Shown one piece after another: positions 33,097 to 37,622 of a DNA stretch of 37,622 bases. The DNA is from a virus (Duplodnaviria; Caudoviricetes), in IMG/VR virus record IMGVR_UViG_3300037046_000298, positions 1 through 37,622 of that record. The stretch is one strand, 5' to 3'. A program made the position numbers and the translations under genes. Within the stretch, counting starts at the first letter, position 1, and each line of letters begins with the position of its first letter. The notes under the pieces are model-generated. The model was not told where the DNA came from, made no database searches, and worked only from the letters and a program-made list of their open reading frames with translations.

Positions 33097-33936
33097 ATGC
33101 CGGCGGCCGTCCTTGAATCCATCGACAGCGGGTCGAGCCGCTGGGGCGTTCAGGAATCGACGACTCTACGATATAACATTCTCGACGCCGCGGATCGCGA
33201 CGCCGCGAGCGCCGCCCTGGAGGCGGAGGCCCCCTCGTCGCTGGGTTCGCTCGTGGCCGAGTCGTACAGCGTGGATCCCACGGACTCGCCGACGGCGTGG
33301 CGGGGCAGCGTCTCCTACGCGGCAGCGTCCTTCGCGAGCAAGGAAACCGGGGAATCGAGTTTCCAGTTCGACACGGGCCGATTCGGCGGCTGGCATCTTA
33401 TGTGTGCGATTGCGCACGTCGCGGACTTTGGGGCGCCCGACGTCACCGCCCCCAACCACAAGGGTGCGATCAATGTCGTGCGAGACGCGGGCGGCGTCCG
33501 GGTGGAGGGCGTGACCGTCCAGGCCCCGGACGAGGCCCTCGCGTTCTCGGTCGTCCGCTACCAGGCGACCGTGGACCTCTCGGCGCTCTACGCCCTCAAG
33601 GGCTGCGCCGCGTCGGAAAGCGTCACAATCGCCAGCGAGGGAGTCACGGGCACGTTCGGCCAGAGAAACCTCCTCTTCCTGGGCGCGTCCGGGTCCAAGA
33701 GGAGGAAGGGCGACTGGGAAATCCGCTATTCCCTCTGCGCCGCGCCGCCCCTGGCCGGCGCGACCATCGCCGGCATAACAGGCATCAACAAACTTGGTAT
33801 GGACTATATCTGGTTCGAACTGGCGGACGACGTGGACGAAAGCGCGGGGCGGCTGATCAAGACGCCCATCGCCGCGCACACCGAACGGATATTCCGAGAG
33901 GCCGCGCTGTCCGGCCTGGGTTTGCCCACGTCATAG
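33097..33936 (+). CDS. Tail tip/distal tail protein
   Basis: ESSFQFDTG, APNHKGAINV..VEGV, LLFLGASGS.R..GDWEI.Y, I.GI.K.G.DYIW; follows the TMP. Confidence 0.65.
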   Translation: MPAAVLESIDSGSSRWGVQESTTLRYNILDAADRDAASAALEAEAPSSLGSLVAESYSVDPTDSPTAWRGSVSYAAASFASKETGESSFQFDTGRFGGWHLMCAIAHVADFGAPDVTAPNHKGAINVVRDAGGVRVEGVTVQAPDEALAFSVVRYQATVDLSALYALKGCAASESVTIASEGVTGTFGQRNLLFLGASGSKRRKGDWEIRYSLCAAPPLAGATIAGITGINKLGMDYIWFELADDVDESAGRLIKTPIAAHTERIFREAALSGLGLPTS

Positions 33937-33955
33937 GTTGCCGGAGGGGAGCGTC

Positions 33956-34564
33956 ATGGCCGATCCGATGCGCCGCGCCGCCGCCGGCGAGCCGTTCATC
34001 CCGAGCGCGTCGCTGATGAACGCGCTCATGGACCTGGTGCGGGCGCAGGGCGGCCCGTCCGCCCCGCGTCCGTCCGCGCCGGGCGCGGGCGTCGCCCTGC
34101 TCGTGCGCAACGCCTCCGGCGGCGACCTGGCCCGCTTCGCCGTGGCGGGGCTTGACGACCTCGTGATAGGCCCCGCCGACAACGAGGCGGCGTTCCTGGA
34201 GTGCCCGGCGGCCGAGGGCGTCGCGGCGGCCGTCGCGGACCACGCCGAGCGGTTCGCGGTGCTCCAGGAAGACGCGCCGGAAGGCGCCATCGTCCGCGCC
34301 GTCGTCGCCGGCGTCACGCCCGTCCAGGTCAACGTCTCCGATATCGCCCACGCATGCGCGACCGTCGCGGACGGCCAGACGTACCTCGCGAGCGCCCCGA
34401 CCGGCCTTGCCCGCATCCTCGTTCCGCCCGCGTCCACGGGCCTCCAGTGGCTGCTCGTCTGCCTGGGCGGGGCGTCCGGCCTGCCCGCCCCGACCGCCGC
34501 GCACCAGGTCCTGACCACAGACGACGGCGCGACGTGGGGGCCGGGCTGGGTGGCGGCGCACTAA
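33956..34564 (+). CDS. Tail tip/minor tail protein
   Basis: GEP...AS.MNALMD, LVRNASG.DL.RFAV.GL, FAVLQE...GAI.RAVV.GV. Confidence 0.6.
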   Translation: MADPMRRAAAGEPFIPSASLMNALMDLVRAQGGPSAPRPSAPGAGVALLVRNASGGDLARFAVAGLDDLVIGPADNEAAFLECPAAEGVAAAVADHAERFAVLQEDAPEGAIVRAVVAGVTPVQVNVSDIAHACATVADGQTYLASAPTGLARILVPPASTGLQWLLVCLGGASGLPAPTAAHQVLTTDDGATWGPGWVAAH

Positions 34565-34574
34565 AGGTCTCGAT

Positions 34575-36269
34575 ATGTCCTTCACGGCGATCACCGCGAC
34601 GACGGACTGGTCTTCGATTGCGATCCTCCGCGAACTCGTCGTCGCCGTTGACGAGCGGGCGCGGGCGACGGGGACGGCGTTCGACCGATACGCCCTCTGG
34701 CCGGAAGTCGTCGCGGGCGACAGCGTGACCGCCACGGCGTCCGACATCGACAACCCGGCCGAGTTCGTGGCATCCGGCGACGGCACGGCCGGCCCGTACC
34801 TGTGCTGGCCCATGCTGTACGTGCCGATCCGGCCGGGCACGGTCGAGATCACGGCCGGGGCGCAGGTCGTTACCGACGACGGCGAGGGCGTGCTCATGCA
34901 GACGGGCGACGCCGTGGGCGTCGTCGATTACGCGACCGGCGAGGCGACGGTCACATTCAAGTCCGTTGTTTCCGGCGGTACGTTTGTCGAGGCGACGTAC
35001 ACGACGGACCGCACCCGCCTGACGCTCTCTGAGCCGTGGGCCCGCACGTCGTGGACAGGCTGCACGATCACCGTGGGCGGCGTGCCCGTCGAGGTCGTGG
35101 CCGTCCAGAGCGAGTCCGAGGTGGACGTGCCGGGCGACGTGGAGGCCTCCGGGGCGGCTGTCCTTATGTCGCCCGCCGGCATGGACGTGCAGGACCACGC
35201 CTGGTGGGCCGCGCTCCAGGATGCGGTTGGGGATATGCGCACATCTTTCCTCAACTCCCACATTCGCCCGGACGGCTACGAGGGCGAGGAGTCGATGCCC
35301 CACTACACGGACAACACGTGGCGGACCGCCTCCGGTCTCCAGCAGAACGGCTACTGGCGGCGCCTGCCGCTGAGGGCAGGCACGGTCACGGGTACATACG
35401 ACGCCGACACTGATACCACGGCGCTGGCCCTCTCGACGGGCGGCGCTCTGGAACTTTTCATCGGCCACGACCTCCTGGTCCAGACCGTGGGCATTTTTGA
35501 AATCACCGCGGCGGACGAGGACGAGGACACGTACACCGTGGCCGGCAACGCCGAGTGCAGCGGCCGCCGGTTCGCGGTCCTGCCCCTCGACACATCGGAT
35601 TATGACGATGACGCGTTCATCTACGGCGACGAGGGGATCAACTACGGGCAGATGGCCGCCGGCGACCTGATCGGCTCATGGGTCCTGGCGGACCTCCAGG
35701 CGGGCCTCGCGTGCCTGCTGTGGACGAAACTCGTCGCCGAGTGGCTGGCGGACGATGACCCCAACTGGCGAAACGGGCAGGCGTACTCCAACACGTCCGC
35801 GGCCGAGGCCGAGACGGCCGCCCAGGGCTGGTTCGACGCGGGCGGGACGGAGTCGGACGATTACCCGTTCGCGGCGGGCGCGAGGGGCGTGGACGTGGAG
35901 TACCCGCCGTCCTCGGGCACGTTCTACGATTACGGCGCGGCTTACGTCCGGCGGTCCGCCCTGGCCGCGTGGACCTGGCCCGCGACGGCGGACGGCCTGA
36001 CGGCGGACGTGGACTGCCTCAACCTCGCCGCCGACGTGCCGGGGTTCGCCGCCAACGGCGACTGGGGCGGGACGTACACCGCGGGCACGTATCACGTCTG
36101 GTACACGGGGGAGGATGCGACCGCGGGCGGCGAGTCCGACCCGTTCGGCGAGTCCGGCGTCGGCGACTACCCGTCGCTCCCCGCCGCGCCGGCGAGCGGC
36201 TGGGACGACGAGGGCTACTCGTCCCTCGCCGCCCCCGCCGTCGTCGCGAGATGGGCGTTTACGTATTGA
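34575..36269 (+). CDS. Acidic tail fibre/receptor-binding-like protein
   Basis: Last late gene, 564 aa, rich in Asp/Gly/Thr/aromatics; PIRPGTV.I...VTDDG.G....G.VDY.TG module. Confidence 0.55.
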   Translation: MSFTAITATTDWSSIAILRELVVAVDERARATGTAFDRYALWPEVVAGDSVTATASDIDNPAEFVASGDGTAGPYLCWPMLYVPIRPGTVEITAGAQVVTDDGEGVLMQTGDAVGVVDYATGEATVTFKSVVSGGTFVEATYTTDRTRLTLSEPWARTSWTGCTITVGGVPVEVVAVQSESEVDVPGDVEASGAAVLMSPAGMDVQDHAWWAALQDAVGDMRTSFLNSHIRPDGYEGEESMPHYTDNTWRTASGLQQNGYWRRLPLRAGTVTGTYDADTDTTALALSTGGALELFIGHDLLVQTVGIFEITAADEDEDTYTVAGNAECSGRRFAVLPLDTSDYDDDAFIYGDEGINYGQMAAGDLIGSWVLADLQAGLACLLWTKLVAEWLADDDPNWRNGQAYSNTSAAEAETAAQGWFDAGGTESDDYPFAAGARGVDVEYPPSSGTFYDYGAAYVRRSALAAWTWPATADGLTADVDCLNLAADVPGFAANGDWGGTYTAGTYHVWYTGEDATAGGESDPFGESGVGDYPSLPAAPASGWDDEGYSSLAAPAVVARWAFTY

Positions 36270-36378
36270 CCTCGCCCACCAGTTCCCCGACCGCCACGCC
36301 CAGGCCCGACGCCATGCGCCGGAGCGTCCGCAGCGTGGGCGACCGCAGGCCCCGCTCGTAGTCCGCCCAAGTCGCCGT
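36259..36378 (-). pseudogene. 3' half of an XRE/Cro-C1 HTH gene lacking a start codon and the N-terminal helices
   Basis: Manual translation: TATWADYERGLRSPTLRTLRRMASGLGVAVGELVGEVNT*. No in-frame ATG/GTG/TTG upstream, back to the stop at 36604-36606. Confidence 0.75.
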
Positions 36379-36419
36379 AGGGTATTCAGGGAAATCCGGC
36401 GGGATTCCGAAAATATTTT

Positions 36420-37622
36420 TCAGCCCAGTCGCCGGGCCACGGCGGCGGCGCGGGCGTCGTCGCCGTGGGCGTAGACGAGGGTTGTTTGCGTCCGGGCGTG
36501 GCCGAGGGCGGCCCGCACGTCCTCCAGGCGGGCCTCCGCAAGCGCCCGCGTTGCAAACGCATGTCGCAACTGGTGGGGCGACCAGCGGGGCACGCCCGCC
36601 GCGTCACAGGCCCGTTGGATCGCGCGGCGGTAGGCGTCGACCGCGTACCTGTCGCCCGGCGTGCGTTGCGGGTGCGCGGCCGGCCGCTTGCGGTTGCCGC
36701 CGCTGCCGCCGCCCGCCGCTATGCGCGCCGCCTTGATGCCCGCCAGCCGGGCCGCCTCCGCCTCGTCCGGGCGAAAGACGGGCGTGTCCGGGTCGCCCGG
36801 CCTCAGCCACGGGGCGAGCGCCCGGCGGGCCTCCGGCCCCAGGGCGATGCGGCGCTCGCGGCCGTGGTGCTCGGCCTTGTGCTCTCGCGGCTCGTATATC
36901 CACACGTCCCCGGCGGCCTGCACGTCGGCCGTCCGCAGGGCGACGGCCTCGCCCGGGCGCATGCCGGTCAGCCACTGGAGGGCGACCATCGCCCAGACCT
37001 GCCGGGAGACGTGCGGCGCGATCGCCTCCACGTCGGCCGCCGGCACGTCGCGGCGTCGCGGGGTTTCGCGCCCGCCGCGTCCGCGCGCGATGCCCCGGAC
37101 GGCGGCGAGGCCGTGCCACACGGACGGGGCCACCAGTTCTCGCTCGACGCCCCAGCGGACCATTTGGCGCACGCGGGCCATGTACCCGTTGACCGTGCCG
37201 CGGGCAAGGGGGACGGGGCGGCTTTCGTCTGTGGCCGGGTCGCGCCGCATGACGGTCGCCCGCAGCATCGTTTCGCGGACCGCGAGGAACGCCGTTGGGC
37301 CGAACCGCGCGACGGGCAGATCGGCGTAGAGGTCGAGGGCGTAGCGGAGGGCCAGGCGGAAGTTGCTCGGCTCGGACGTGGGCCGGCCGTCCGGCTTGCG
37401 GTAGTAGGCGCATACATGGGTCCAGAAGCGGGCGGCGAGGTCGTCCATCGTGACGACCTCCGCCGGGTCGCGCTCCGCGAACACCACGTCGCCGGCGGCG
37501 AGGTACTCGGCGATTTTGCGATGATACGCCGCCGCCGCCTCTTGGGATTTCCACGGGCCGAGATAATGATCTCGGCCGTTGAGGCGTACCACCGCCCTGC
37601 CCGACGCCCGGTGCAGGTGCAT
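36420..37622 (-). CDS. int: Phage integrase (tyrosine recombinase); the true start may lie beyond the window
   Basis: TGMRPGE (R), EHKA (K), WSPHQLRHA (HxxR), LGH....T.VYA (H, Y); N-terminus HRASGRAVVRLNGRDHYLG. Confidence 0.95.
   Translation of the reverse strand: MHLHRASGRAVVRLNGRDHYLGPWKSQEAAAAYHRKIAEYLAAGDVVFAERDPAEVVTMDDLAARFWTHVCAYYRKPDGRPTSEPSNFRLALRYALDLYADLPVARFGPTAFLAVRETMLRATVMRRDPATDESRPVPLARGTVNGYMARVRQMVRWGVERELVAPSVWHGLAAVRGIARGRGGRETPRRRDVPAADVEAIAPHVSRQVWAMVALQWLTGMRPGEAVALRTADVQAAGDVWIYEPREHKAEHHGRERRIALGPEARRALAPWLRPGDPDTPVFRPDEAEAARLAGIKAARIAAGGGSGGNRKRPAAHPQRTPGDRYAVDAYRRAIQRACDAAGVPRWSPHQLRHAFATRALAEARLEDVRAALGHARTQTTLVYAHGDDARAAAVARRLG

Larger units (their letters stand above)
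1..37622. mobile_element. Temperate lambda-like siphovirus / prophage, probably infecting a Planctomycetota/PVC host
   Basis: Ordered early, replication, packaging, head and tail modules plus a terminal integrase. No host housekeeping genes seen. Host inferred from the integrase N-terminus (HRASGRAVVRLNGRDHYLG) and the DUF1580-like gene. Confidence 0.93.

Noticed and set aside
36270-36420. tRNA-derived att core or intrinsic terminator next to the integrase
   Set aside because: No T-arm/CCA-like tRNA 3' fragment and no clean hairpin plus U-tract; the region is instead explained by the XRE fragment.

Overview
This window is a near-complete, very GC-rich temperate siphovirus genome or prophage with lambda-family packaging genes. 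The integrase, DUF1580-like gene and head/tail genes suggest a Planctomycetota/PVC-type host (inferred, not tested). About 50 tightly coupled genes lie on the + strand. The early region holds an excisionase-like gene, a Nmad1/DUF1599 fusion, a membrane-anchored lysozyme, a beta-clamp, a metallopeptidase, an HD hydrolase, a PnuC-like protein, a replication initiator with 7 palindromic iterons, DNA methyltransferases, DUF5131, a PD-(D/E)xK nuclease and an internal tyrosine recombinase. A probable cos region follows, then terminase, a sigma-like factor, portal, a ClpP-capsid fusion and a non-contractile tail module. A - strand tyrosine integrase ends the window. Signals the ORF track does not explain: a start-less 3' half of an XRE/Cro HTH gene just downstream of the integrase; a leftward sigma70 promoter driving a structured ~160-nt antisense RNA over gene 1; heptamer repeat arrays confined to the early operon; three pairs of direct repeats at gene junctions; an internally deleted C5 methyltransferase; a DPPY+SPPY double methyltransferase; and a holin-lipoprotein fusion. 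All family calls come from recognising motifs by eye; no database searches were run.
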